A stretch of 64,000 nt of DNA from a virus: IMG/VR virus record IMGVR_UViG_3300048672_000512, positions 114,049 through 178,048 of that record; one strand, written 5' to 3'. The translations under genes were made by a program, and so were the position numbers. Position 1 is the stretch's first letter. Every line of letters begins with the position of its first letter. Below, piece after piece: positions 18,821 through 28,739 of the stretch. The notes under the pieces were generated by a model. The model saw nothing but the letters and a program-made list of their open reading frames with translations, did not search any database and was not told the origin of the DNA.

Positions 18821-20758
18821 TTAAGCAGACGCAATGGTCTGTTCATCAACGGTAAGACCTTGCTTGGAAATGAACAGCGTAAGCTGAACTTCACGAACGG
18901 CAAGGATCGGAGTGATAACAATAGACACTGCAAGAATGCCACTGTTCACAAGAGCAGCAGTGTTGTTGGTGTCGTCAATAACAACTCGATACGAGCTGAT
19001 ACCGCGACCTGCCTGAACACTTGTCAGATACTCTTCAAGAGCAAACTGCACCTGCTTGCGCAGAATGTCATCGTTCGGTTCTTGCAGTTGATAGATCAGG
19101 TAGTTGTAGCAACTACGCTTGATGATGTTGCAGAGAACACGAATGTTGATGAACTGCAACGCGCTGTTGGCACTGTACAGTGTGTTCTGTTCCCAAAACA
19201 CAATACCGCGTCCAACGAACTTGCGAATGTAGCTGATGTTTGAAGTAGTGACCAGCGTAGCTTCGCTATCCGTGTACGTGTTGCGAACGTCAACAACGTT
19301 GCCAAGAATCTGACCGCGATTCAAACCAGCAGTAGAGAACCACGGTTGGAACGCCCGGAAGGTGCGAGCAAGCAGACCTGCAATAACACCAGACGGCGGA
19401 ACGTACAGAAGCTTGCCATTGATCGGATCGGTTTCACGAACGTCCTGAGCAATCAGAGCTGCATACGAAGAGTTGACATTCAACGTCAGATTCTTGAAGT
19501 CAACGACGCTCTGTGCTGTTTGATTACTCGACGGTGCGTCAAGGTAGGCAATACAGTCAGAGCGATTTTCCGCAAGCGTTGTCATGTGCTGTTGCACAGA
19601 CGCAACCGTGCGGCCAGCGTTGATCAGAACATCAATCGCATACAGTTCACGATTGCTGAACTTGTCCCATGCAGCATTCACGTCTGCCGACGTGGGCGCA
19701 GCACCAGAAGTACCACCTGCAAGCGCCACGTAAGTAGCCGTAGTGGAAAGAACCGGAGTAGTCAGCAGCGAGGTGACGTTCGATTCAACGCGAATGTACT
19801 TAGAGTACGGATTGACGCGTTGCGTGATTTCCATCTGCGAGCCAGTCTCGTCAACCTGCTCAGTGACAGAACAAGTAAACGTTTCAACCGGCGTGACGCT
19901 AGAAAACGTCAGGTCAAAGACTTGCAACTTGAAAACAGGGCTTGGAGTGTTCGTGCCTGCAACAAGGATAGGCTGCGCACCTGCATCCGGAACAATGGAG
20001 CCGGTATCAATGTACGAAACAGCGGAGCCACCAACCTGAGCAATCAGACCGAGGCTTCCAGAAACACGACCGTAGATACGATAGCCAATTGCGTTCTCTA
20101 CTTTGTTCCACGAGAGGTTGACAGAGTTTGTCGTAGTGACAGAACCAATGACAACCGTGAAAGTAGCAGAGGCAACCGTCTCTGTGCCATCCTTTGCAAT
20201 AGATGCAATCTGGTACGTGTAAGTAGCCGGACTGAGCGAGCCACCCGTCGTTGACGAACCTGCTGCAGTGTTCGACGGAGCAGCAATGTTGTCAGAAATG
20301 ATGCGAACAGCAAGGTTGTTTCCGTAGGAACCAGGACCACGATTACTCGTGATCTGATAAACGGCTGTCTCTCCGCCACTGACGTTAACACCAAAGTCAG
20401 GAGACGTAGGAACAGCAACACCCGAAGAGATACCTTGAATTACAGTGGCACCGGAACCATCGATCTTTACCGATGCGCCGGAGCGCTTGTGACCAGTGCC
20501 AGGAGCACGCACGGCCCACAGGCTGTTGCCCTCAAGAAGAAAGTCAAGAGCGCAGTAGTGATCAAAAGAAACCGAAGCCTTCGGATCGCCGTAGTGAAAA
20601 CGGAAGTTGTCAGCAGAGCTGAAGAAGCGAGGAGTGTCATCGCCTTGCGAGCCAACGACCACAATAGCTGCCGTGCAGCCGCTCACTCCAGTAAGCGAGC
20701 TAGACAGGTCAACTTCAGAAATGCGTACGTCAGAAGCACGCTTGGAAAGATTAGCCAT
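18821..20758 (-). CDS. Contractile tail sheath protein with FN3-like insertion
   Basis: V.I.E.DLS N-terminus; YVPPSG..AG, AGLNRG, INIRVL..IK, ITP..A.REV motifs. Confidence 0.92.
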   Translation of the reverse strand: MANLSKRASDVRISEVDLSSSLTGVSGCTAAIVVVGSQGDDTPRFFSSADNFRFHYGDPKASVSFDHYCALDFLLEGNSLWAVRAPGTGHKRSGASVKIDGSGATVIQGISSGVAVPTSPDFGVNVSGGETAVYQITSNRGPGSYGNNLAVRIISDNIAAPSNTAAGSSTTGGSLSPATYTYQIASIAKDGTETVASATFTVVIGSVTTTNSVNLSWNKVENAIGYRIYGRVSGSLGLIAQVGGSAVSYIDTGSIVPDAGAQPILVAGTNTPSPVFKLQVFDLTFSSVTPVETFTCSVTEQVDETGSQMEITQRVNPYSKYIRVESNVTSLLTTPVLSTTATYVALAGGTSGAAPTSADVNAAWDKFSNRELYAIDVLINAGRTVASVQQHMTTLAENRSDCIAYLDAPSSNQTAQSVVDFKNLTLNVNSSYAALIAQDVRETDPINGKLLYVPPSGVIAGLLARTFRAFQPWFSTAGLNRGQILGNVVDVRNTYTDSEATLVTTSNISYIRKFVGRGIVFWEQNTLYSANSALQFINIRVLCNIIKRSCYNYLIYQLQEPNDDILRKQVQFALEEYLTSVQAGRGISSYRVVIDDTNNTAALVNSGILAVSIVITPILAVREVQLTLFISKQGLTVDEQTIASA

Positions 20759-20775
20759 ACGCAGCTTCTCCTATA

Positions 20776-20964
20776 TCAGTTTTGCAGAGTGTGCGACTTG
20801 ACGCTAGGATTCTGAGCAGACCACTGTGTGTCCATTTCAAATCCTGCGGGAAGCTTGGCACGACTTTTCGGTTGAATGAAGACTTCAGTGCGTTGACCCG
20901 TTTCCGCATTCACGATAGTAGGCTGCACTTGAACGTCTGAGGTGTTGACAAGTAGAATTTCCAT
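20776..20964 (-). CDS. Small hypothetical virion protein
   Basis: 62 aa, packed in the operon. Confidence 0.6.
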   Translation of the reverse strand: MEILLVNTSDVQVQPTIVNAETGQRTEVFIQPKSRAKLPAGFEMDTQWSAQNPSVKSHTLQN

Positions 20965-20972
20965 TTTCTGTT

Positions 20973-21341
20973 TCAGGCTTGAATAATGAGAACTTGAACT
21001 ATCTGAGAAACACTAGGATTGGTTATCACTACCTGTGACACAGATCGATCTACAAGATGCATCTTTTGCACAACCAGTTCATAACTGAGAGTTCCATCGT
21101 TGAACGTGAAGCTACAGTCAAGGTTGCCAGTTGTGTTTATCAGTGTAACTGCAGAAGGATTCAAGGACGACGGTGTGGTCCAAGTTTGTGTTTCACCTGG
21201 GTTGATAGTGAGGTAGCTATTTACCTGACCAGCAGTTGCCGAGGTATAGTTCAGGGACAACGTAGCGATGTTACGTCGAATGTTGTTGTCAGCTAAAAAG
21301 CAGCCGACATTGAATATCACAGCTTTTGTAGCTGACGGCAT
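20973..21341 (-). CDS. Hypothetical structural protein
   Basis: Beta-rich, GGAG RBS. Confidence 0.6.
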   Translation of the reverse strand: MPSATKAVIFNVGCFLADNNIRRNIATLSLNYTSATAGQVNSYLTINPGETQTWTTPSSLNPSAVTLINTTGNLDCSFTFNDGTLSYELVVQKMHLVDRSVSQVVITNPSVSQIVQVLIIQA

Positions 21342-21368
21342 CGTTCTCTCCTAATTAAAAATGAAGAA

Positions 21369-21941
21369 TCACTTCATCGAATACGTTCCAGCTGCACCGA
21401 CGCCAAGAGTGATCTGAATTACAACGTCAGTACTTTGCAGCATCCAAGTGTTTTCAGTAGTAACGGCTTCAACAAGTGTCAGGCTACCAACCGAAGGACC
21501 GGAGTAGACGCTTACGGTTCCTGCAGTAGGTTTGACAGTAAGCTGCGTCAGGCCGGTGTTCGTGGTGTCAATAGTGACACCAGAAGTGATTGCAGTGCGA
21601 ACAATAGCAATTGCCGGAATTGCACCCTGACTTGACAGAACGCTCTGCTGCGTAGTAAGGCCACCAGCACCAGCACCCGGATCAACGAGCTGTTCGTTTA
21701 CAACGATAGCGCCGTAAACTGCGTCGTAAACGGTAATCGTGTAAGTGCGATCATCAGCAAGATAAACAGAAAGCGAACCCGTGCTGTCAAGATTGACTTC
21801 ACCTGTTGCAGAGAAAACAGCAGTGCCTTGCGCATTTGCGTAAACACGCGCACGGTTACCAGCCGTATCCTTGATGACGCAGTGACCGAGAGGGTAAGAA
21901 GAATAGCTTCGAGCGACAAGGGAAAGAGCCATTTGTATCAC
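21369..21941 (-). CDS. Hypothetical structural protein
   Basis: Beta-rich, T/V/G-rich; overlaps the upstream gene. Confidence 0.6.
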   Translation of the reverse strand: MIQMALSLVARSYSSYPLGHCVIKDTAGNRARVYANAQGTAVFSATGEVNLDSTGSLSVYLADDRTYTITVYDAVYGAIVVNEQLVDPGAGAGGLTTQQSVLSSQGAIPAIAIVRTAITSGVTIDTTNTGLTQLTVKPTAGTVSVYSGPSVGSLTLVEAVTTENTWMLQSTDVVIQITLGVGAAGTYSMK

Positions 21942-22666
21942 CTTTGAGAAGATGGGAAGTTTGGAGAAGCAACCGTACTCACGGGAAATGAGTCGGCACT
22001 ATTGAAAGACCAGAACACCTGACCTGAGCTTGTAGAACCCAGATCATTAAGAGTTGAGTCAACTTGTATCGAGTCCGCTACCTGACCTTCAAGTAGCGTA
22101 GCCTTTGACAAGAAGCCGTACAGCGTAAGCGTTGTTTCCAGCGTGTATTCCTGAACGTTGTCCAGATCGGCTTCTCGAAGGGGCAGATCGACGTGGTCTT
22201 CCAACAGTGTGCCTATTGAAAATGCCGTCTTGCCGTAGTCAATATCAAACTTCAGAGCACCATCTTGACCTGAGAACATCCAGGTATTTGCAAACGTCAG
22301 AAGGTCTGTGTGTTTGTTGGTAACGTAGGTTACCCCTATGACAATGTCAACAGGCAGATACACAACTCGAAAGGTTCGCTTCTCGTCTGTTGTCACTATA
22401 GACACTCGGCCGCGAGAAGAGGACGCTTTGTTCGAGCCACGGTCTGTTGACTTCGTATAGCTTTGTAGCGATAGAACAGCATACGGGTATTCAACTGTAC
22501 CGCTGAATAGCTGTTGAATAGCTCGCACCTTATCGGTAGATGTAGTCCAGGCAACAGGACATCGAAACATGCGCTGAAAGTTTGTCTCCAGACCGTTGAA
22601 TATGAAGTACTCAACTGGCTTCAGCTTCAAGTTCAGGCCGCTTGCTTGACCGTTAGTAGCCGCCAT
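21938..22666 (-). CDS. Putative neck / tail completion protein (gp15-like)
   Basis: Position between head genes and sheath; YP..VLSL.S...D and P..I...V motifs. Confidence 0.5.
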   Translation of the reverse strand: MAATNGQASGLNLKLKPVEYFIFNGLETNFQRMFRCPVAWTTSTDKVRAIQQLFSGTVEYPYAVLSLQSYTKSTDRGSNKASSSRGRVSIVTTDEKRTFRVVYLPVDIVIGVTYVTNKHTDLLTFANTWMFSGQDGALKFDIDYGKTAFSIGTLLEDHVDLPLREADLDNVQEYTLETTLTLYGFLSKATLLEGQVADSIQVDSTLNDLGSTSSGQVFWSFNSADSFPVSTVASPNFPSSQR

Positions 22667-22667
22667 A

Positions 22668-23399
22668 TCAGTATATCCTTTCTACATAAGCATGGAGTGG
22701 CTTCATGTCTTCATGGTACACGATCACTTCATACTCTTGTTCAAAAGGAGCTACCATCAAGCTGTGAGTCGCCCATAAGAGATGCTGCCTTTGCATTTCT
22801 AGTCTATCTTCAACTTCATGGAAGTCGTGCAATTCCATAGGGCTGGAAACACCTATGACTTTCAGCACCTCTTTGAAGTCTTCCCGCATTGCCGCGCCAG
22901 TCTTGTAAGTCCAGACAACATCCTTCGGATTCGGCTTTATGCTGAAAAGAATGTCGCAGTGCCCTGCGTCACGTGCTGGTATTTTTATCGTTCGCAAGTC
23001 TGTGTATGACAAGCATGACTTGTGTGGAGTAACCGCTATGGTATCGCCTACTTCCAAACCCTCTGGACGCTCTCGTATGTCATGAACACGGTACACAACT
23101 TTGGGTGTATATAACTCTTTTCTATACAAAACTCTACCAAAGTAAGCAAGCAGGTTCATGCCACGTTGATAGCTCTTGTTTGAACCTAGGTGCGCTGCTA
23201 GGTCTATCTGAGCGTCTAACACCGTTTCTGCTCCCATGTAGACAGAGCCAAACCAGTGTGTTGCTGCAGTAAACGTGTTTACGTAAGTAAGAAGCTCGTT
23301 GGGATTATCGGAGGCAAGGAGCTTTGAAAGAAAGGCGCCGAACCGATTAACTTTTGCAATGGATGCTATTCCAGCATTCCAGTCGATAGGTTGCGTCAT
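22668..23399 (-). CDS. ADP-ribosyltransferase-like protein (paralogue 2)
   Basis: VYR...KSCLSYT...EQEYEVIV fits an R-S-E ART layout; paralogous to 23396-24283. Confidence 0.5.
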   Translation of the reverse strand: MTQPIDWNAGIASIAKVNRFGAFLSKLLASDNPNELLTYVNTFTAATHWFGSVYMGAETVLDAQIDLAAHLGSNKSYQRGMNLLAYFGRVLYRKELYTPKVVYRVHDIRERPEGLEVGDTIAVTPHKSCLSYTDLRTIKIPARDAGHCDILFSIKPNPKDVVWTYKTGAAMREDFKEVLKVIGVSSPMELHDFHEVEDRLEMQRQHLLWATHSLMVAPFEQEYEVIVYHEDMKPLHAYVERIY

Positions 23400-24283
23400 G
23401 AGCCTTCCTCTTCGTCCTCTTCCCTTTTCATTATGGAAGACAGCTTAGCTTCAAACGGTTTCATTCCGGTGTGCACTATGACTTCAGCCTCTTCAAAGAG
23501 TGGCATATAGCTTAGCTTTGTAAGCAGGTTAGCTACAATGTAGAACAGTGCTAGATTGGTTTTGAAACCGTATCGAATGCTTTGTAGATCGCAAGTGCGT
23601 TCTAAGTTATAGACGCTACTGTAGCTAGCTACCGATGGGTCTTCTAAAGCTCTAGTGTTGCCCAACTTTGCAGCATACTCGTCATACAGTCTGTTTTCTT
23701 TTGTCAGAAAGTTTACGCAGTCAGTGTTCCACAGGATAGCGGCGGCTGCAAAGCCGGATTCAAGAACAACATCAAAATTGCCTTCTGTCCTACCGGGTAC
23801 TTCTTTGATGTTGCGCTTGGAAAACGAGAGGCATGACTTGTGTGGCTTCACGGAAACCATGTCACCTACTCTAGGCTGAAATCTGGACCCTTCAAGAGCA
23901 AGATCGTGCAGTCGATATAGCTTAGGTTCGTCCTTGATAACTGGGTGTAGCTGCAGCTTTTTCAGCGTTGCAAACATGGAAACCGAATCTTTGTAGTTCC
24001 ACATGCTAGATTCAAGAACCACTGGATCCGCTGAGTAGTCTTCGCTTCCACTGTACAGCTCGCCAAACCATTCTTTTGCAGCGTACAGGGCTAGCAACCA
24101 TCTCTTAGGATCACGCCGGCAAGCCTTATAGAATTTGCCTGCAGTTGAAACTTGCAGCTTTTCAGGAAGATTCTCATGAAAAGCTAGTATCTCTTCTTCT
24201 GAAGGTAACATGACTGTAGCGTTTTCAACGGGACAAAGAAAAACGGGGAGCTGGATTAGCTCCATCTCCCCGTGTGCGTACAT
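23396..24283 (-). CDS. ADP-ribosyltransferase-like protein (paralogue 1)
   Basis: LYR...KSCLSFS...EEAEVIV. Confidence 0.5.
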   Translation of the reverse strand: MYAHGEMELIQLPVFLCPVENATVMLPSEEEILAFHENLPEKLQVSTAGKFYKACRRDPKRWLLALYAAKEWFGELYSGSEDYSADPVVLESSMWNYKDSVSMFATLKKLQLHPVIKDEPKLYRLHDLALEGSRFQPRVGDMVSVKPHKSCLSFSKRNIKEVPGRTEGNFDVVLESGFAAAAILWNTDCVNFLTKENRLYDEYAAKLGNTRALEDPSVASYSSVYNLERTCDLQSIRYGFKTNLALFYIVANLLTKLSYMPLFEEAEVIVHTGMKPFEAKLSSIMKREEDEEEGS

Positions 24284-24314
24284 AGCTGCGATATACGAAA
24301 GTGCATAGCAAGCG

Positions 24315-24764
24315 TTAACGCTTGCGGTTAGCAGCTTGAATGTTAGCCAGTGCCTTGCTAAGAGTCGAAACTCTAGCCGCTGCTATTTCCTCTTGCTGCT
24401 TATTGAGGCTGACGTCTACCGGAGCAGCACCATCCTCATACATGTCTTCCTCTGCTATACCGCCAACGTCTTCATCGTTAGCATCTGCCTTGATTGGAAG
24501 TTTGCTGAATCGAAGTTGGGACGCCTGCAGTTGTTTCATGAAGTCAGCCTTTGTAGCTTTCTTCCGATTAACTTTAGGTTCCGTGTCTGTCTTTTCAACA
24601 GGGGCTTTCAAACGAGCAGCTGACGGCTTCAAGATACCCGGAGACGCAGCTGTTACGGTTAGCGCCTCGCTGGCAAGCTCAGCAAAAAGCGCGGCTGCTT
24701 CTACTGTCTTGTTAGCGTGGTACAGTGCAATCGCTGCCTCTACTTTTCGATAATTAACTTTCAT
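24315..24764 (-). CDS. Putative internal head protein
   Basis: Directly after the capsid gene; several [VIL]xA motifs; GAGGTAGG RBS. Confidence 0.5.
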   Translation of the reverse strand: MKVNYRKVEAAIALYHANKTVEAAALFAELASEALTVTAASPGILKPSAARLKAPVEKTDTEPKVNRKKATKADFMKQLQASQLRFSKLPIKADANDEDVGGIAEEDMYEDGAAPVDVSLNKQQEEIAAARVSTLSKALANIQAANRKR

Positions 24765-24783
24765 CGCCTACCTCGAAAGTAGA

Positions 24784-24805
24784 GGGGCGGGATCATCCCG
24801 CCCCC
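24784..24805. terminator. GC-rich hairpin just after the capsid stop (weak terminator or 3' stabiliser)
   Basis: GGGGCGGGA-TCA-TCCCGCCCC; poor U-tract. Confidence 0.5.
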
Positions 24806-24809
24806 TGTA

Positions 24810-25880
24810 TTAGACGCGCTTACCAGCAGCAACCGTGCGAGTGTTGCAAACGCTCATTGCAAGCGATTCGCTAAGCAGCCAGCCGCGACCGATCATCTTT
24901 TCAGTGGTGCCGTCAATCGGTTGACTGTCAACACCGCCACGATCAGCATAGGCGCCGTGGAAAGCCGGATCGCTCAGAACGAAGAATTCGCCAGCGTTCA
25001 TGACCTTGTGTTCCGGGTGACGATACGATTCCGAAACCAGAGTCATACCGTACAGCACGCCGAGTTCACCAGTCATGATAAGTTCATGCTTAGCAACCGG
25101 TTCAATGGCTTGAATGAACGAAGCGTCACCGACGATGTCAACAAACAGATCCGAAGCCATCAGGCAGTACATAGCCTTCATGCCCCACTGAACAACGTTC
25201 TGACGAACGGCCATCAGCGTCGAAGGCGACATCGTGCCGCTGATCAGCGACAGGTTGTTGTCAACACCGATTGCGTTGCGCAACAGGTTGGTGTACATGC
25301 GGTCTTCAGTGACCATCACACCTTCCAGAGCTTCAACGTGCTTTTCTTCCAGCACATCGGTGTTGCTTTGGTTGATTTCGTTCTGCGGAACGAAGATGCG
25401 ACTCACAACCTGAAATTCCGGCGGAGTGAACCACTTGTCAGTCAGGACTTGAGTTTCAACCTTCGTCGGGCCAGTAACGGTAATAGCCGAAGCGTTCTTG
25501 CGACGAACCGGGAAGCGAGCGATGTCACCTTGACGCAGGTCGATCCGATTAAGGAAACGACGCATGTAACCCTTACGGTTTGCAGTCATGTAGACTTCAT
25601 TCGCCATCTTTTCACCGAGAATGCGGTGAGCAGTCGGATCATCAAAAGCAGCTTGAATCAGAACGCGGTTGCGTGCAGAAATCTCAGCAGCTTCTTCGGC
25701 TTGACTTGCGGTGATGACGCCGCCATCGGCAGCAGCGGTCATGAGCTGCATAGCGTTAGCAAGCAGATCTTTCTTGGACGAAGCATTGACTTCGCCGTTA
25801 TTACCGATAGCGCGTTCGCTACGGCCACTAAAGCGCAGATCGGTTGCAACAACGGGTTGCTTCGAGGACTTGATAGTCAT
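24810..25880 (-). CDS. Major capsid protein (HK97 fold)
   Basis: 356 aa, biased high-expression codon usage, follows scaffold and decoration genes; GELGVLYGMTLVSE P-domain-like motif. Confidence 0.8.
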   Translation of the reverse strand: MTIKSSKQPVVATDLRFSGRSERAIGNNGEVNASSKKDLLANAMQLMTAAADGGVITASQAEEAAEISARNRVLIQAAFDDPTAHRILGEKMANEVYMTANRKGYMRRFLNRIDLRQGDIARFPVRRKNASAITVTGPTKVETQVLTDKWFTPPEFQVVSRIFVPQNEINQSNTDVLEEKHVEALEGVMVTEDRMYTNLLRNAIGVDNNLSLISGTMSPSTLMAVRQNVVQWGMKAMYCLMASDLFVDIVGDASFIQAIEPVAKHELIMTGELGVLYGMTLVSESYRHPEHKVMNAGEFFVLSDPAFHGAYADRGGVDSQPIDGTTEKMIGRGWLLSESLAMSVCNTRTVAAGKRV

Positions 25881-25911
25881 ACTTTTCTCTTTAATGGGTT
25901 GTGTTCAAAGA

Positions 25912-26589
25912 TTAGGCGGCAGCGTTAAAGCTGATGCCCAGGTACGGATAGTCGGCCGACGGAGCTTGCACGATGGTTCCAGGAATTGCGGAACCCGAGC
26001 CAGCCTGATTGGTGATTTGACCGTTAGCTGCAAGCTTCAGACCAGTTGCGGTGAACCAGTTAACCGAAGAATCAAACTGATCAGTGAACACAATGCCGGT
26101 TTGCACAACCGAAACCGAACCAAAGATGTTGCCAGTGAAACCACCGGGTTGCACGTTACCAGCAATCGACTGTGCGTCCGAGACGCTCAGCGTGGTGCGG
26201 TAGTAAACGGTGACAGTGAGGCCAACTGCAGTGGTCAGCGTGACGGCGTTACCTGTGGTGCTTGCAATAACAATCGAACTGTTGTCAGCGTTATTGACAG
26301 CGACCAGCGTACCAGTGACCGGAGTCTTGGCAAGAGTAACGACGTTACCGGCCGGCACAACAAAAGTTTCTGCTTTGACCGTCGTGGTCGGCAGGAACGG
26401 TGCAGCCGAAGTTTGAACAAAGCTGATACCAGCAAAGACTTCAGTACCCGAACCGGTAGCCGGCTTGACGGTACGAACGCCGTTGGTGGTGGTAGCAACC
26501 ATTGCCTGACCGTCAGCGGTCAGGACAGTACCGGTAGCCAGCAGAATTTCGGTGGCACGGTTGAAATTGGAAAAAGGACCGTAGATCAT
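25912..26589 (-). CDS. Putative capsid decoration/cement protein
   Basis: G/T/A-rich; immediately upstream of MCP; same codon bias. Confidence 0.65.
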   Translation of the reverse strand: MIYGPFSNFNRATEILLATGTVLTADGQAMVATTTNGVRTVKPATGSGTEVFAGISFVQTSAAPFLPTTTVKAETFVVPAGNVVTLAKTPVTGTLVAVNNADNSSIVIASTTGNAVTLTTAVGLTVTVYYRTTLSVSDAQSIAGNVQPGGFTGNIFGSVSVVQTGIVFTDQFDSSVNWFTATGLKLAANGQITNQAGSGSAIPGTIVQAPSADYPYLGISFNAAA

Positions 26590-26624
26590 TTGTTACCTTT
26601 GAAGGTGAATTGATTCTGAGAGAA

Positions 26625-28673
26625 TTACATGCTGCTGCTGAAACGCAGCGGAGCATTGCCTGCAAGAATAGCTTGTGCAGCTTCAACAGCGGAGCTAGTC
26701 TTTGCAGCTGCAGTAACCATACGACCAGAGATGCCACGTTGAGGGCGCAGCAAAGCAGGCGTAGCCGAAGCTGTTGTCATCAGTCGAGACTCAACAGACT
26801 GAAGTTCATCCGAGATGCCATCCGAGCTTTCGTCGGAATCAAAGTCAGATTCAATCTCTTCAGGTTCTTGAGTCATGTCAAGAGAAGCGCGCATATCCTC
26901 ACGGGTCTGCACACTCATTGCTTGCAACTTGGCAGCAACTTCAACGAGGTTACGCGTGTACTCAACACTGCTCTTTTCAAACAAAGCAGCAGCAACGCGT
27001 TGAGGATTCCGAACGCCAACACGTGCAAGTTCCGTTTCAACGGAAGCACGCAGCGGATTCTTATAACCCTTCCAGAAGTCACGAGCAAGACCCGCAGCAG
27101 ACAGAGCAAGACTTTCGGCGAGGATTCGCTTATTAGCCTTTTCCTGCATAGAAGCTTCGAGCTTGATTTCGCGTGCCTTCTTGTTAACAGCAGCCTGAGT
27201 GACAACCGGAACCGTAAGCATACGGAAGCCAAGTTGATTCAAGCCCTTGCGCATACCAGACTTTGCAACCACGCGAGAGGCAGCACGCTGATAAGCACCG
27301 CTTTCAAAGTCAAGATCAGACGAAGCCTGAATCTTGTTGGTAAGCACAGCAATGCTGTTGCAACCCTTGAAAGCAACGATCTTGTTAGCAATGACAGCAA
27401 AAGTAAGATCTTCTTCGCTGTCATCCATGTCCATTGCGTCTGCAATGGTGTCATGCGTCGAATCTTCGTCTTCGATGGTTTCTTCGACCTTTTCGTTTTC
27501 GCTTTCCGGCTCAGAGCTTTCGTCCGAGTCATCAAGGCAAATATCGTCGCCAGAAACAGCATCAGAATTCGATGCAAGATTCACGTCATCATCGTCATCG
27601 GAAATACCAGAAGCGCCGTCAGCGTCTTCAAGTTCACGAGCAACTTCGTCATCAGAGACATCGTCAGATTCAGACGATTCATCGTCATCTTCAACGCCAG
27701 CTTCGATTTCTTCCATTCCTTCAGGAAGGGCGAAAATAAAGTCGTCGTCCGCAGCCGCTTCGATTTCTTCGTTTTCAGTTTCTTCGTCGCAGTCTACGGA
27801 GGCTTCAATATCCTCCATACCTTCCGGCAAAGCAAAAATGAACGAGTCTTCAGCGGCTTCAATGGCATAGCTGCTAATTTGCTTTTGCAGCTGATCGCGT
27901 TCTTGAGCTTGCTTGCGCTCAAGAGCGTGCATCTTGTTCAGGTGTTCTTGATCTTCGTGCTGGTGCTGTTCAAGGTTCTCACCATCTTCGACGCCAGCCT
28001 CAATCTCTTCCATTCCTTCAGGAAGAGCAAAGATGAAGTCATCATCAGCAGCCGCTTCAATCTCTTCGTTTTCAGTTTCGGTTGCGTCTGCGGTGGTGTC
28101 AAACGGCCAGTCAAAGTCACTAGTAGCTTGGACTTTCATCGGGTTCTCACTTTCTACGGTTGCTTGGACATTGTCCAGCAGATCAGTGTCTGCGTTAAGC
28201 GGTTCGACTGAAATGTCGCTGCTATCAAACATATTGCGTCCAGCTGTGATAACCGGAAGCTTTAGTTCGGATCCGCAAACAGAACAGTGGAGTTCACTGG
28301 AAGCTTTAACGTAGCTCTTGTCGATTGTGTTGTGAGAATCACAACTTGAACAATGAACTGCGATAAGCGATGCGTCTGTTACGGACGGAAGTGGCAGGTG
28401 TTGTTCTGTATTTGTTTCTACGTCAGCTGAACCGCAGGTCACGCAAAACGGAGATGAATCCGCAGATGCTGTGATGTGCGTTCCGCAGGAATTGCATTGA
28501 AAGGCGTCTAGCGGGTGGGCCAGAATCGCTTTCGCAGCGTTTTCCTGCTTCAGGAACGACGGGTCACTTGATGCAAAAACAAAGACTGGACTTCCCACCG
28601 ACTTCTCCGCAGCAGCACGAATGCGCAAAGCCTTTTGGCTATTGCTATTCGATTTCCTTGCAGAAAAAGGCAT
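26625..28673 (-). CDS. Putative prohead scaffold/core protein with two C4 Zn-ribbons and acidic repeats
   Basis: Start ATG 28673 (GGAG RBS); CxxC x4; long D/E tract; 3x EAAxDxFIFALPEGMExIEA; coiled-coil C-terminus. Confidence 0.6.
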   Translation of the reverse strand: MPFSARKSNSNSQKALRIRAAAEKSVGSPVFVFASSDPSFLKQENAAKAILAHPLDAFQCNSCGTHITASADSSPFCVTCGSADVETNTEQHLPLPSVTDASLIAVHCSSCDSHNTIDKSYVKASSELHCSVCGSELKLPVITAGRNMFDSSDISVEPLNADTDLLDNVQATVESENPMKVQATSDFDWPFDTTADATETENEEIEAAADDDFIFALPEGMEEIEAGVEDGENLEQHQHEDQEHLNKMHALERKQAQERDQLQKQISSYAIEAAEDSFIFALPEGMEDIEASVDCDEETENEEIEAAADDDFIFALPEGMEEIEAGVEDDDESSESDDVSDDEVARELEDADGASGISDDDDDVNLASNSDAVSGDDICLDDSDESSEPESENEKVEETIEDEDSTHDTIADAMDMDDSEEDLTFAVIANKIVAFKGCNSIAVLTNKIQASSDLDFESGAYQRAASRVVAKSGMRKGLNQLGFRMLTVPVVTQAAVNKKAREIKLEASMQEKANKRILAESLALSAAGLARDFWKGYKNPLRASVETELARVGVRNPQRVAAALFEKSSVEYTRNLVEVAAKLQAMSVQTREDMRASLDMTQEPEEIESDFDSDESSDGISDELQSVESRLMTTASATPALLRPQRGISGRMVTAAAKTSSAVEAAQAILAGNAPLRFSSSM

Positions 28674-28709
28674 GAAACAATTCTCCAGCAATAAGCGTTT
28701 TGAAACAAA

Positions 28710-28739
28710 GGAACCCAGTTAGCTGTCTAACTGGGTTCC
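28710..28739. promoter_or_regulatory. Perfect 13-bp inverted repeat at the divergence point of the two arms
   Basis: GGAACCCAGTTAG-CTGT-CTAACTGGGTTCC. Confidence 0.6.

Noticed and set aside
18599-20254. Long + strand ORFs (18599-19243, 19346-20254)
   Set aside because: Antisense shadows of the sheath gene and intron, with no motifs.
24921-28211. Long + strand ORFs (335, 300 and 533 aa) opposite the capsid and scaffold genes
   Set aside because: Antisense open frames caused by codon bias; no RBS or recognisable protein features.
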